Part shown: one piece after another, positions 1 to 9,511 of the stretch
Numbering within the stretch: the stretch's first letter is position 1
Layout: each line of letters starts with the position of its first letter
NCBI GenBank assembly: GCA_005776725.1
Contig: SXOO01000280.1
Location: forward strand, 7,425-71,424
Reading direction: 5' to 3'
Source of the DNA: Pseudomonadota bacterium
Lineage (GTDB): Bacteria > Myxococcota_A > UBA9042 > GCA-2863065
DNA: 64,000 nt
The notes under the pieces: model-generated
What the model was told of the DNA's origin: nothing
The model's database searches: none
What the model saw: the letters and a program-made list of their open reading frames with translations, nothing else
Position numbers and translations under genes: made by a program

Positions 1-2130
1 GAGCCCACGGTCACGCGCGACGGCCGCCTCATGGTCTGGCAGGGCCACCCGCAGAACGACGGCAAGATCGACGTACTCGTCTACGCCACCAACGCGGCCG
101 CCTGCGGCACCACGTGGAGCGCCCAGAAGAACCTCTCCCACATGGTCAACGACCCCGCGGTGAAGGGCGTGTACCCGCTGGCCGACAAGGCGTTTCGGGC
201 CGCAGACGGTGCGGCCTACGCCGACGGCGACCTCATCCGCGGCGCCTACCCCTGGCTCTTCCCAGACGGCGACGCCCTCACGTTCACGTCCGTGGTGATC
301 CCGTGCGTCAGCGAGAACAACCCGCCCGGGTGCGACGCGCGGCGCGGTGGGCTGGCGGTGATGGGTTACCCCACCAACTGGGGCCTCGCGCACATCGACG
401 GCGCCCTCAACCCGTCGACCGACGACCAGGTGCGTCTGTTCTTCTCCTCCCCCGGCCCGCACACCTTCCCTCAGCTCCCGGTCACGAGCGGAACGGACGT
501 CTGGCCGTTCTTCGGCTCCAATACGTCGAACCACGGCGACCTCGTCCTCGATGACGGGCTGGACGGGCAGTACGTGGGCGTGTGGCTCATGAACGAGTCG
601 GTAAACAAGGCGGGCAACCTCGACAAGACCCGCACCCCCGACACCAGCGGCTACTTCCACACGGGCACCGTCAATGGGGCCACGTTCCCCACGAAGAACA
701 ACGGGCTCTTCGGCAAGGCCCTCGAGTTCGACGGGGTGGACGACTGGGTGAGCGTGCCGCACGCCGCCTCACACGGCGCCTCCAACGCGCTCACGGTGTC
801 TCTCTGGCTGCGCCCGGACGCGCCGGTCGACTGCGATGGGAACAACAACTACCGGTTCCTGCTGGGTAAAGGCCCCATCGCAGACGGAGCCTGGTCGCTC
901 GTGTTGGAGGAGGGACAGGTGTTCCAGGCGCGGGTGCGTGCTGGCGGAGCCGAGCGCGCCGTGTGGGCCCTGAGCTCGCCGCTGGTCGTGGGCGAGTGGA
1001 GCCACGTGGGCTTCACCTACGAGGCCACCACGGGCGCCATGCGCTTCTACGTGAACGGCATGCTGGCCGGATTGGCGGACCACCCGCCGGCGCCGTTGGA
1101 CGGGTCGAGTCACCCCATCACCATCGGCGGCCCCGGCGGGCCCCGCGCCGAATGCCCAAACGGCGACGGCAACTTCAAGGGCGCCATCGACGAGCTTCGC
1201 GTGTCTCGCGTGGTGCGCGACCTGAGCGTGGCGGCACGCCCGGGCAACCACGCGCGGTTCGTGAGCTGGCAGGTGCCCGCGGAGGTCACCGCGGGCGCCG
1301 CGTTCCAGGCGCAGGTGACCTTCCGGAACACGGGCCGCACGGCGTGGTCGGTCCACACGCTGCATCGCCTCGGGTCCCAGGCCCCACAAGACAACGGCAC
1401 CTTCGGCGCGGGGCGCGTGTCGCTCCCGGGCGGCCGTGTGGAGACCGGCGACACCGTGACCTTTGTCGCCGACCTGGTGGCGCCTGCGGGGCCCGGCGCC
1501 TACGACTTTCAGTGGCGCATGGTGCAGGACGGCGCCGAGTGGTTCGGCGAGCTCACGCCCCTCGTCCAGCTGACGGTGGTGGAGGATACGACCGAGCCCC
1601 CCGACCCCGGCCCTGCGCCGGACGTGACCGAGCCGCAGGATGTGACCGAGCCGCAGGATGTGACCGAGCCGCAGGACGTGACCGAGCCGCACGACGTGAC
1701 CGAGCCGCTGGACGTGACCGAGCCGCAGGACGTGACCGGGCCACCGGATGGTGTGATTCCCAACGACTCCACCGGTGGTGCGCTGGATACTGGGGTGGGG
1801 TGGGACGCGTCGCCGTCGTGGGACGTCCCCCTTGCCTGGGATGCCGGCTGGCCCGCTGACGCAGCCATGGCCACCGACACGCCCGAGGTGGCGGGGGACG
1901 CCAGTCCCTGGGGTGGCCCCGACGCGCGCGGCATTTCGGACGGGCCCGACGCGGGGACTGACTGGGACGCACACGACGGTGCTGCCCCCTCAGGGCTGGA
2001 CGCCAGCCCAACGGTGGCCATGCCACCGCCCGACGACGCGGGCTGCGGCACAACGCGGCAGGCGGGCGGCCGGTGGCCTGTTGCGGCGCTCCTCGCGTTC
2101 GCGCTCCTGGCGTTGGCTCGCCGTCGATGA
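1..2130 (+). CDS. 5'-truncated surface protein with a LamG/concanavalin-like domain, an Ig/CARDB-like domain, 7x DVTEPQ tandem repeats and a C-terminal MYXO-CTERM-like sorting signal
   Basis: The reading frame is open from nt 1 with no in-frame stop upstream of the ATG at 31, and no N-terminal signal peptide is visible. There is a LamG-like segment (GKALEFDGVDDWVSVP...LTVSLWLRPD). The C-terminus GCGTTRQAGGRWPVAALLAFALLALARRR* is Cys, Gly-rich, hydrophobic helix, then an Arg cluster. Confidence 0.7.
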   Translation, partial: EPTVTRDGRLMVWQGHPQNDGKIDVLVYATNAAACGTTWSAQKNLSHMVNDPAVKGVYPLADKAFRAADGAAYADGDLIRGAYPWLFPDGDALTFTSVVIPCVSENNPPGCDARRGGLAVMGYPTNWGLAHIDGALNPSTDDQVRLFFSSPGPHTFPQLPVTSGTDVWPFFGSNTSNHGDLVLDDGLDGQYVGVWLMNESVNKAGNLDKTRTPDTSGYFHTGTVNGATFPTKNNGLFGKALEFDGVDDWVSVPHAASHGASNALTVSLWLRPDAPVDCDGNNNYRFLLGKGPIADGAWSLVLEEGQVFQARVRAGGAERAVWALSSPLVVGEWSHVGFTYEATTGAMRFYVNGMLAGLADHPPAPLDGSSHPITIGGPGGPRAECPNGDGNFKGAIDELRVSRVVRDLSVAARPGNHARFVSWQVPAEVTAGAAFQAQVTFRNTGRTAWSVHTLHRLGSQAPQDNGTFGAGRVSLPGGRVETGDTVTFVADLVAPAGPGAYDFQWRMVQDGAEWFGELTPLVQLTVVEDTTEPPDPGPAPDVTEPQDVTEPQDVTEPQDVTEPHDVTEPLDVTEPQDVTGPPDGVIPNDSTGGALDTGVGWDASPSWDVPLAWDAGWPADAAMATDTPEVAGDASPWGGPDARGISDGPDAGTDWDAHDGAAPSGLDASPTVAMPPPDDAGCGTTRQAGGRWPVAALLAFALLALARRR
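1621..1746 (+). repeat. 18-bp tandem repeat, about 7 copies, encoding (DVTEPQ)n inside the first CDS
   Basis: Direct reading: gacgtgaccgagccgcag repeated with minor variants. Confidence 0.9.
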
Positions 2131-3866
2131 ACGGGAGCCCGGCGCTCCTCGCCCTGCGCGGTGCGTCGTCCCTCGTCGGGGGGCTCGCCCTCGTCAGCGC
2201 CCTGGCGTGCTCCGCGCCCATGACGACGTACTCCCCGGCCGACGTCGCCGGCGTTGGCGCCCCTGACGTCGGGGACGCTGCGGACAGCCTCGGACCGGAG
2301 GGCGCGCAGGACAGCCTCGACCCCGAGGGCGCGGCGGACAGCCTCGACCCCGAGGGTGGCACCGACACCCCCCGCTCGGCGGATGGCGGCGACACCTCCG
2401 GCTCCAAGGACGCGACCGGCGGCCTCGATCCCGACGACGCAGGCGGCGGCCTCGATCCCGACGACGCGGCCGGCGGCCTCGAGCCCGACGACGCAGCCGC
2501 CCTCCCCGGCCCAGGCGACGCCTCCGACGCCCTCGTCCCAGAAGACACGGAGATTCCGGCCTGCCCGTGGCTGAGCCCCGTCGCCGTGGGGCCAGAGGGC
2601 GTCACGCTGGAGGCAGCGCTCCCGGGCCTCTGCCCGCTCACGCTCACGCTCCCCAGCCCGGCGGTTGTGGCCTTCGAGGTGACGCAGGGGAGCCTCTCCG
2701 GCGTGCCCGTCGACGCCCCCGGTTGGTCGGCGCCACGCCTGCTCCCCGCGGGGCCCATCACGCTGACGATTGCGCCCGAGAGCGAAGCACCTGCGCACGT
2801 GCGTGTCCTGAACCTGGGCGCGCCGCCCGGGCCAGTTGATCGCGCCAAGAGCCTCGTGTGGAGCGAGGCCCCGCTGGTGGACGTGTGCGGCCTCGCCTGC
2901 CTCATGGCTGCGCTCGCGGAAGACGGCCACGGGGGCCAGCTGCTCCACGACTGGTTCCTCCGGTTCTCCACCACACCCCACTCCGAGCGCTTCGGCCCGG
3001 CCCTCCTCCTCGAGCAGATCGCCGCGGCGCAGGGGGTGGACCCGAGCGGCTGGGACCTGGATCTGCTCCCGTTCCGCGTCACCGGCGTCCACAACCGACT
3101 AGACCTCCGAAACGCCGCCCACTGCGGCGAGCTGCGGGTGTCGCTGGCGTCGGTGGATCCGCTGCTCAAGCCCTTTCACCTCCTCTTCCTGTTTGCGCTC
3201 CCTCCGCGCCTCGACGACGCCGCCCCCGACGGCAGCCTGCACTGCACCGCCACCGCCCTGGCCTGGGCGCGCCTCTCGGAGCTGCCCGACGAACAGCGCG
3301 TGCCCGCGTCGCAGGCGCTGGCCGCCGCGTCGTTCACCGCCCAGCACTTCCTGGCGGCCGAGAGCCTCGAGTTCATGGTGGCCCCCTGGGAGTGGCGACA
3401 GTGGTTCTTCAGCGCCACCGAGCCCCAGGTGCTGGAGAACCGCCCCCTCTTCCAGACGGTGGACCTCCCCCGCGTCAACGCACCGGGGCCCGACCGGGAG
3501 GCCTTCCTGGCGTACGTCACCGCCAACGCCGACGCGCTCCGCGAGCGCCGGGCTGAGGTTCCAGAGGCCTTTCGTTCGCCCTCGGGGCGCCTGAATCAAG
3601 GTGTTCCGTGGGAGCCGCTGGACCTCTCGGGCCTACCCGCCAGCGTGGGTGATCTCACCTCGCTACGCCAGGCCGTCGAGCAGGTGGGGTGCGTCGGGTG
3701 CCACACGGCCGACGCGCCCTTCGTCCAGACCAATGAGGACCGGGAGTTCTCGCCGTTCTACGACAAGGAGCTCGACGCCCGCCTCGACGCGCTCGAGGCG
3801 TCGGCCGTGGGGCCCACGCCCAAGACGCCCTTCGGACCACTCCAGAGCCCGTTCGTCGCCCACTGA
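2127..3866 (+). CDS. lipoprotein with acidic 9-aa tandem repeats and a single CxxCH heme-binding motif (putative cytochrome c domain protein)
   Basis: ATG at 2127 overlaps the upstream stop (ATGA). The signal peptide is followed by the lipobox LVSALAC. Repeats are DSL(G/D)PEG(A/G)x x3 and GGL(D/E)PDDAx x3. CVGCH lies near the C-terminus. Confidence 0.65.
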   Translation: MNGSPALLALRGASSLVGGLALVSALACSAPMTTYSPADVAGVGAPDVGDAADSLGPEGAQDSLDPEGAADSLDPEGGTDTPRSADGGDTSGSKDATGGLDPDDAGGGLDPDDAAGGLEPDDAAALPGPGDASDALVPEDTEIPACPWLSPVAVGPEGVTLEAALPGLCPLTLTLPSPAVVAFEVTQGSLSGVPVDAPGWSAPRLLPAGPITLTIAPESEAPAHVRVLNLGAPPGPVDRAKSLVWSEAPLVDVCGLACLMAALAEDGHGGQLLHDWFLRFSTTPHSERFGPALLLEQIAAAQGVDPSGWDLDLLPFRVTGVHNRLDLRNAAHCGELRVSLASVDPLLKPFHLLFLFALPPRLDDAAPDGSLHCTATALAWARLSELPDEQRVPASQALAAASFTAQHFLAAESLEFMVAPWEWRQWFFSATEPQVLENRPLFQTVDLPRVNAPGPDREAFLAYVTANADALRERRAEVPEAFRSPSGRLNQGVPWEPLDLSGLPASVGDLTSLRQAVEQVGCVGCHTADAPFVQTNEDREFSPFYDKELDARLDALEASAVGPTPKTPFGPLQSPFVAH

Positions 3867-4032
3867 CCTGCAGTACAACGCGCTCTTCACCCTGGCTGTG
3901 CCCGCCCCCCGAGAGTCATTGGGAAGCCCGGGCTCGACACCCTGTGCGCGCGTCAATAGCCTCCGCCCGGGTCTTGAAACGGACAGCCCAGGTCGGGCTC
4001 CGACACCCCACGGCCCAAGGTAGTACAAGCGC

Positions 4033-5604
4033 GTGCCCCAGCCCCGACCGTTCTCCGCCCTGACGCTGGTCTTCTGCCTCTCCCTGTTCGCGCAAGCCTG
4101 CGGGGATGACACGGCGGCTGGCACGCAGCCTGCGCCCGACACCGCGTCCACGGGAGACCTCCTCCTCGCCGACGCCTCCGACCCGGGCGACACCTCGGCC
4201 GACGGCGTCGACTCCTCGGCATCGAGCGACGCGGAGGGGCAAGAGATCGGCACCGAACCGGACGTGGCCGTCGGCACCGAGCCGGACGTCGGGGTCGATC
4301 GCCCCGAGGGCTGGACCACCGCGACCCACTCGAATGGCGTGCCGCCCAACTTCGCCGAGGTCTTCAGCGACACCGAGGTGAAGCGCATCGACATCGAGAT
4401 CGGCGCCGACCCATGGGAAGCGATGATGGCGGACATGACCGAGATCTACGGCGAGCCCAGCGGGGGTGGCGGCGGTCCGGGTGGCGGGGGGCCAGGCGGG
4501 GGCGGCGGCGGCGGCTTCTCCGAACAAGACCCCATCTTCGTGCCCGCGACGGTGCGCTTCGGAGACCACACGTGGACTCACGTGGGTGTGCGGTTCAAGG
4601 GTAATTCGAGCCTTCGATCCACCTGGACGAGTGGCAACCTCAAGCTGTCGTTCAAGCTCGACTTCGACGAATTCGAAGGCGAGTTCCCCGAGATCGACGA
4701 CCAGCGCTTCCATGGGTTCAAGAAGCTCAGCCTGAAGAACAACTACCAGGACGCTTCACTGGTGCGCGAGAAGGTGATGACGGACCTGTTCAGAGCCGGC
4801 GGAATGGCGGCCTCGCACACCAGCTTCTGTGCGGTCTACGTCGACCGGGGTGACGGGCCGGAGTACTTCGGGCTCTACACCCTCGTCGAGGAGGTGGATG
4901 ACACCCTCATCGAGACGCAGTTCGAGGACGGCGGCAATCTGTACCAGCCGGACGGGACCGCGGCGCAGCTCTCGGAGGGGTCGTTCGACGAGGAGGAGCT
5001 CGGTAAGGAGACCAACGAGGAGGCGGCCGATTACAGCGATGTCCTCGCGCTGCTCGCGGCGCTTCACGACGGCACGCGGACGTCGGACCCGGAGGCCTGG
5101 CGTGCCGCCCTCGACAAGATCTTCGACACCGATGTGTTCCTTCACTACCTCGCCATCAACGGCATCGGCCAGAACTGGGACACCTACGGCCGCATGACCC
5201 ACAACTACTTCATGTACCGTTCGCCCAGCACGTCGAAGTTCGTGTGGATCCCCTGGGACAACAACGAGGCGCTACAAGCCGGCAAGCAGGGCGGCGCGCT
5301 CCCACTCGACTTCGCCGGGGTGCAGTCCGCCACCTGGCCGCTCATCGGGTTCCTCTATGCGGACCCCGTCTACCGCGCGAAGTATCAGGACTGGCTTCGT
5401 CAGACCATCGAGGGCCCCTTCACCGTGGCCGCCATGACCGCGCGCTACGACGCCTACGAAGCGCTGCTGGCCCCCTACGCCGAGGCCGAGCGCTCAGGCT
5501 TCACGTTCCTGAAGAGCGCGTCCGCGTTCGGTGCCGCGTTCGACGCCCTGCGAGCCCATGCGCAGAGCCGCGTCGCCGCGACCGAGAGCTACCTGGGGCT
5601 CTAG
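4033..5604 (+). CDS. CotH kinase-family (spore coat protein H-like) lipoprotein
   Basis: Signal peptide plus lipobox LFAQAC. The CotH-like core is FHGFKKLSLKNNYQDASLVREKVMTDLFRAGGMAASHTSFCAVYVDRGDGPEYFGLYTLVEEVDDT...NLYQP, with an internal poly-Gly linker. Confidence 0.6.
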   Translation: MPQPRPFSALTLVFCLSLFAQACGDDTAAGTQPAPDTASTGDLLLADASDPGDTSADGVDSSASSDAEGQEIGTEPDVAVGTEPDVGVDRPEGWTTATHSNGVPPNFAEVFSDTEVKRIDIEIGADPWEAMMADMTEIYGEPSGGGGGPGGGGPGGGGGGGFSEQDPIFVPATVRFGDHTWTHVGVRFKGNSSLRSTWTSGNLKLSFKLDFDEFEGEFPEIDDQRFHGFKKLSLKNNYQDASLVREKVMTDLFRAGGMAASHTSFCAVYVDRGDGPEYFGLYTLVEEVDDTLIETQFEDGGNLYQPDGTAAQLSEGSFDEEELGKETNEEAADYSDVLALLAALHDGTRTSDPEAWRAALDKIFDTDVFLHYLAINGIGQNWDTYGRMTHNYFMYRSPSTSKFVWIPWDNNEALQAGKQGGALPLDFAGVQSATWPLIGFLYADPVYRAKYQDWLRQTIEGPFTVAAMTARYDAYEALLAPYAEAERSGFTFLKSASAFGAAFDALRAHAQSRVAATESYLGL

Positions 5605-5829
5605 TCGGTCGCGCGGGCGGCCGCGGCCCCGCACCCGTCGCGGTCCGGCATTGGGGCGTTTCGCGCGCGGTGGAGGCCCAGGGGGGCCGAGGCGGTGCTC
5701 GTGGACGCGCAGGGTCGACGACACGCCAGCGGGGGCCTGACCGGGTGTACACCGGAGGCGACGAGGTGACACACTGCGCGAAGTCGTGGTTCGGTCCCCT
5801 TCGCCCGGGCGTCTCCCGGGTCTGACCTC

Positions 5830-6954
5830 GTGGCGGTCGCGCAGGAGAGCCTGGTGAGCCTCGTGGTGGCTATCGCGTTCACGGTCTACCTCTCAGCGGC
5901 AGGGCCATTGCTCTTCGCTAGAGGCGGCAGCGCGCCCGTGGACCTCGGACCTCTCCCCGCAGGGCTCGCGTCCACCGACGCTTCGGCTTGCGCGGGTTGC
6001 CACGCCGAGATCGCTGCCGAGTGGCGTGGCAGCGGCCATGCTTCCTCGTGGACCAACAAGGTGTTTCAGGACGCCTATGCGGTGGAGCCTCTCGCTCCGT
6101 GTCGAAACTGCCATGCGCCCAACAACGACGGCGGCCTCCCCGCGCAGCTCGCTGCCTCCGACGGCGTCTCGTGCAACGTGTGCCATGTGCGAGGCGGACA
6201 CGTCCTCGGGGTCCACGGCGTAACCGTCGCGGCCCACGCCGGGCGGGTGGAGCCGCAGCTCCGAGAGGCCACGTTCTGCGCCAGCTGCCATCAGTTTGGT
6301 TTCTTCAGCGAGGTCGACGGGCAGCAGGTGGAGCTGGCGGAGCCGCAACAAGACACGTGGGGCGAGTGGACTCGGAGCAGCGCCTCCCGCCAGGGCATCT
6401 CCTGTGTGGACTGCCACATGCCTAGGTCGGGCCAGGGGGCGGCCTCGCACCGTAGCCACGCCTTCCTTGGCGGGCGTGACCTCACGATGCTTCGCTCCGC
6501 GGTCACGGCGACCGTCACGGCGCGACGAGAGGGCCAGGATGTGATCGTCGACGCCCGGGTAGTCGCGGCGGCCACTGGGCACTCCTTCCCCACGGGTGAC
6601 CTCTTCCGCCGCGCCGAGATGACCATCCGGGCCGGAGACGCCGTCAAGACGCTGTCTTATGCGCGGCGGTTTCGCGATCACGTCGCGGTCCGACAGGACG
6701 GCCAGATCATCCGCGAGCGCCGCGAAGTAGCTGACACACGCGTGCCGCCGCCCGGCGCGGGCATCGCCCCCACGCGGCAGGTGCGTTTCGTGGGCTCGAC
6801 GGTCGCGGAGGTGACTTGGTCGTTCGACTATCTCATCATGCCCACCATCGACGCCGCCGCGGGCGGGACGCCGGTGGAGCGCCTGGGGTTGTTCCAGGGG
6901 ACAGCCACTGTAGCCACTACGCGTCCGGACCAGCCAACAGCTGGGGAGGAGTAG
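5830..6954 (+). CDS. pentaheme c-type cytochrome (multiheme cytochrome c family)
   Basis: Five CxxCH motifs (CAGCH, CRNCH, CNVCH, CASCH, CVDCH) and an N-terminal hydrophobic anchor/signal. Confidence 0.8.
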   Translation: MAVAQESLVSLVVAIAFTVYLSAAGPLLFARGGSAPVDLGPLPAGLASTDASACAGCHAEIAAEWRGSGHASSWTNKVFQDAYAVEPLAPCRNCHAPNNDGGLPAQLAASDGVSCNVCHVRGGHVLGVHGVTVAAHAGRVEPQLREATFCASCHQFGFFSEVDGQQVELAEPQQDTWGEWTRSSASRQGISCVDCHMPRSGQGAASHRSHAFLGGRDLTMLRSAVTATVTARREGQDVIVDARVVAAATGHSFPTGDLFRRAEMTIRAGDAVKTLSYARRFRDHVAVRQDGQIIRERREVADTRVPPPGAGIAPTRQVRFVGSTVAEVTWSFDYLIMPTIDAAAGGTPVERLGLFQGTATVATTRPDQPTAGEE

Positions 6955-6968
6955 GAGGAGTAACCGCC

Positions 6969-7811
6969 ATGTTGATCCCATTGGCCATGCTGGCGAACCT
7001 CGTCACGTCCGTAACGCCCTTCGGCGGCACTCGGAGCGACCCCGTCGTGGTTCCGCTCCAAGGCTCGCTCAGCGGATTCCAAGCCACATCCACCACGCGC
7101 TGGATCCGCTTCGAGACGCCCACCTGCACACGGTTTCGGCTGGAGGCGGCCTTCTCTCGGGACGACGAACAGGCGGCGTTCTTGGAGGGCTTCGAGGATC
7201 GCGTTGGGTTCTCTTGTGACACGGACGAGCGCGACGCGGACTCTGTGGACTGCGCGCCGCTCGAGTTCGATTCGCAAGGGGCTACCACGGACGTCGGCAT
7301 CTGGGTCCGGAAGTACAGGTCCGTGAAGCTCTCTTGGAGCAGCACCCCGTGCCCAGTGACTCCTGTCGCGCCGGGGCTCTCGGTGCTCCTCCGCGACGCC
7401 CTGTTCGGCTGGAAGTCGGGGCCGACCCCGGCCGAGCTGCGCACGAAGCTCGTCGCTGCTGGGGTGAAGTTCCAGAACGACGAAGGCGAACCTGACCCGA
7501 TGGGGGACGCCGCGACTCTCGACCTTGGGGGAGTGTCGTTGTCGCTCTCCCTCGCGGGCTATTCCGCTGGCGCGACCTTGTCTCTCGATGGGTGTGAGAC
7601 GGGCAATGACATCGAGGTGCTCACCTCGATGGTGCCTCCCGTGCTCGCCGCAGTGGGGCCGCCGACGTTGGTCGTGGGCGCAGGACATTGGTGGCGATGG
7701 CGGGCCAAGAACCCGTATGTCGAAGTAGAACTCGACGTCCAAGAGTGCAGGTACGAACGAGAGACCACGACGCTCGACATCCGCTATCGAAAGACCGGTG
7801 GTCGCAAATGA
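6969..7811 (+). CDS. hypothetical protein (paralog A1 of the duplicated cassette)
   Basis: ATG at 6969 is preceded by a double SD (ggaggagtaggaggag). Paralog of 9512-10354. It has a hydrophobic N-terminus and conserved Cys residues. Confidence 0.6.
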   Translation: MLIPLAMLANLVTSVTPFGGTRSDPVVVPLQGSLSGFQATSTTRWIRFETPTCTRFRLEAAFSRDDEQAAFLEGFEDRVGFSCDTDERDADSVDCAPLEFDSQGATTDVGIWVRKYRSVKLSWSSTPCPVTPVAPGLSVLLRDALFGWKSGPTPAELRTKLVAAGVKFQNDEGEPDPMGDAATLDLGGVSLSLSLAGYSAGATLSLDGCETGNDIEVLTSMVPPVLAAVGPPTLVVGAGHWWRWRAKNPYVEVELDVQECRYERETTTLDIRYRKTGGRK

Positions 7812-9337
7812 GTTGCACCCTCGCCAAGACCGTTCGGGAGCACGCCCCGCGAGCACGCGCGCTCTTGGGGCTCGCCCTCATGCTGCACACAGCCGTGGCG
7901 CGCGCCGCTCCACCGGAAGCACCCGTCGTCCCTGCCAGCCTCGCCCCTGCGGTCAAAGCAGCGCGCGGTATCCTCGCCAAACTCCGTGATAACTGCCTTC
8001 AAGTGCGGTCACGTAACGGCGAGTGGTATGTCGATGAGGAGGAGTACGACACAAAGAAGTGTGCGACCTACCTCGCCGCGCTCATGAAGCCCGACGAGGC
8101 CGTCGTCCACGCGATCGGCCAGGGGGCGCTCAGCCCGTCGTTCTCGCCGGAGGGCTGGGGAGGCGCGATGGCCGAGTGGCCCGGGTTGGTGGCCCACCTT
8201 GGCGAGGTTGGCAGCCCCCTAGCCGTCCAGTACCTGGTGCGCGCCGCTTTTCACCTCGGCAAGAAGTTCGATGAAGACTCGGAAGACCCCGAGTACATGA
8301 GCGTCATCGTGGACGCGCTGCGACTGGCCACCGGCAACGACGTGGGGCGAATGCCTCCCTGGGAGATCGACGAGGACACCCCGACGAAGGTCCGCACCAA
8401 TGCGGCCGACATCGGTAAAGACTGGGCCGCCTGGTACGCGGTCCACTCGGCCGAGACGCCCGAGCAGTGGCGGGCCGCCGGGCTCGCCGCCAGCCGCCTC
8501 GAGCTCTCCTCGCCCGATCCCATCGTGCGTTTCACGGCGATCGAGCGCCAACTCGGGACGGGCGGCGACCACGAGGCCGCACTGCGCTCTCTCGAGTCGG
8601 CTCTCTCCGATCCCCTGGTGAGCGCCGGTTTCGTGGATAGGGCCGCCCGATTCCTCTCGGTAGGCGCCCCCAGCGAGCTGTACGACAGGGCGGGTGACGC
8701 CCGCCAGGCAGCCGTCGCGGCCTTGCCGGCCGGCCCGGATGGCTCCGTCGCGGCGCTCCCGCGAACAGCTCCCAACGTCAAGCGGCTGCTTGCCGCTTGC
8801 ACCAAGGCCTTCGACCAGCTCCGGCTGCGAGACGCGATGGATGCGTGTTCCGCGGCGGCGAAGGCGGACCCAAAGAACGTCACCGCGGAGGTGGGCCGCG
8901 GGTGGGTCCAGCTCGAGGTCGGCGACACCGCGGCCGCCAAGGCAACGGCCGAGGTTGCGCTCGCAAACAAGCCAGGCTCGGTGGGGGCGCTGCAGCTCGC
9001 GGCGGCGGTGGCCACGGTGGAAGGCGACGCGGCCAAGGCCCGGGCCTGGCTGGAGTCGGCAGCGAAGACCAACGCCGACGCCCGTCAGCGGCTCGGCATC
9101 TTGAACGGGCAGCCGCCCGCGAAAACCTGGGTGCGCTACATCGCCCCGCGCCACGCCTGCTGGAAGCGCCGCGGAAACCAAGCGTCCAACGCGTTCTTGC
9201 TCCGTCGCGGCATCAACGACCCGGCGGCCTTCGAGCAAGTCTGGGCCACCTTGCCCAAGCGGGAAAAAGCCAAGCTGACTCGGAAGGGCGTCACGGGCTG
9301 CCCTTTCCAGGCGGACCAGGCCAAACGGACGGAGTAG
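7808..9337 (+). CDS. secreted TPR-like repeat protein (paralog B1)
   Basis: ATGA overlap with the upstream gene, a signal peptide (LLGLALMLHTAVARAAPP) and an alpha-helical TPR-like C-terminal half. Paralog of 10351-11880. Confidence 0.65.
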   Translation: MSCTLAKTVREHAPRARALLGLALMLHTAVARAAPPEAPVVPASLAPAVKAARGILAKLRDNCLQVRSRNGEWYVDEEEYDTKKCATYLAALMKPDEAVVHAIGQGALSPSFSPEGWGGAMAEWPGLVAHLGEVGSPLAVQYLVRAAFHLGKKFDEDSEDPEYMSVIVDALRLATGNDVGRMPPWEIDEDTPTKVRTNAADIGKDWAAWYAVHSAETPEQWRAAGLAASRLELSSPDPIVRFTAIERQLGTGGDHEAALRSLESALSDPLVSAGFVDRAARFLSVGAPSELYDRAGDARQAAVAALPAGPDGSVAALPRTAPNVKRLLAACTKAFDQLRLRDAMDACSAAAKADPKNVTAEVGRGWVQLEVGDTAAAKATAEVALANKPGSVGALQLAAAVATVEGDAAKARAWLESAAKTNADARQRLGILNGQPPAKTWVRYIAPRHACWKRRGNQASNAFLLRRGINDPAAFEQVWATLPKREKAKLTRKGVTGCPFQADQAKRTE

Positions 9338-9341
9338 TCTC

Positions 9342-9506
9342 GTGCGCGCGTCGATCGCAGAGGTGACGCGGTCGCTGGCCTATCTCATCATGCCCACCAT
9401 TGACGCTGCCGCGGGCGGGACGCCGGTGGAACGTCCGGGGTTGTTCCAGGGGACAACCACAGGTGCCACCACGCGTCCGGACCAGCCAACAGCTGGGGAG
9501 GAGTGA
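9342..9506 (+). pseudogene. 55-codon remnant of the pentaheme cytochrome 3' end at the duplication junction
   Basis: It translates to ...YLIMPTIDAAAGGTPVERPGLFQGTTTGATTRPDQPTAGEE*, matching the C-terminus of 5830-6954, but it has no heme motifs or upstream body. Confidence 0.55.
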
Positions 9507-9511
9507 CTGCC

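Larger units (their letters stand above)
6822..9337 (+). repeat. copy 1 of an ancient tandem segmental duplication (about 2.5 kb; includes the cytochrome 3' end and two genes)
   Basis: The nucleotide and protein colinearity with 9367-11880 is visible by eye: intergenic stretches are near-identical (ccgcgggcgggacgccggtgga...ccggaccagccaacagctggggaggag) and the proteins are roughly 75-85% identical. Confidence 0.8.

Noticed and set aside
1509-3169. Long reverse-strand ORFs (527 and 538 aa) overlapping the first two + strand genes
   Set aside because: Arg/Ala/Pro-rich low-complexity translations typical of antisense frames in 70% GC DNA. No motifs, and they fully overlap well-supported + strand genes.
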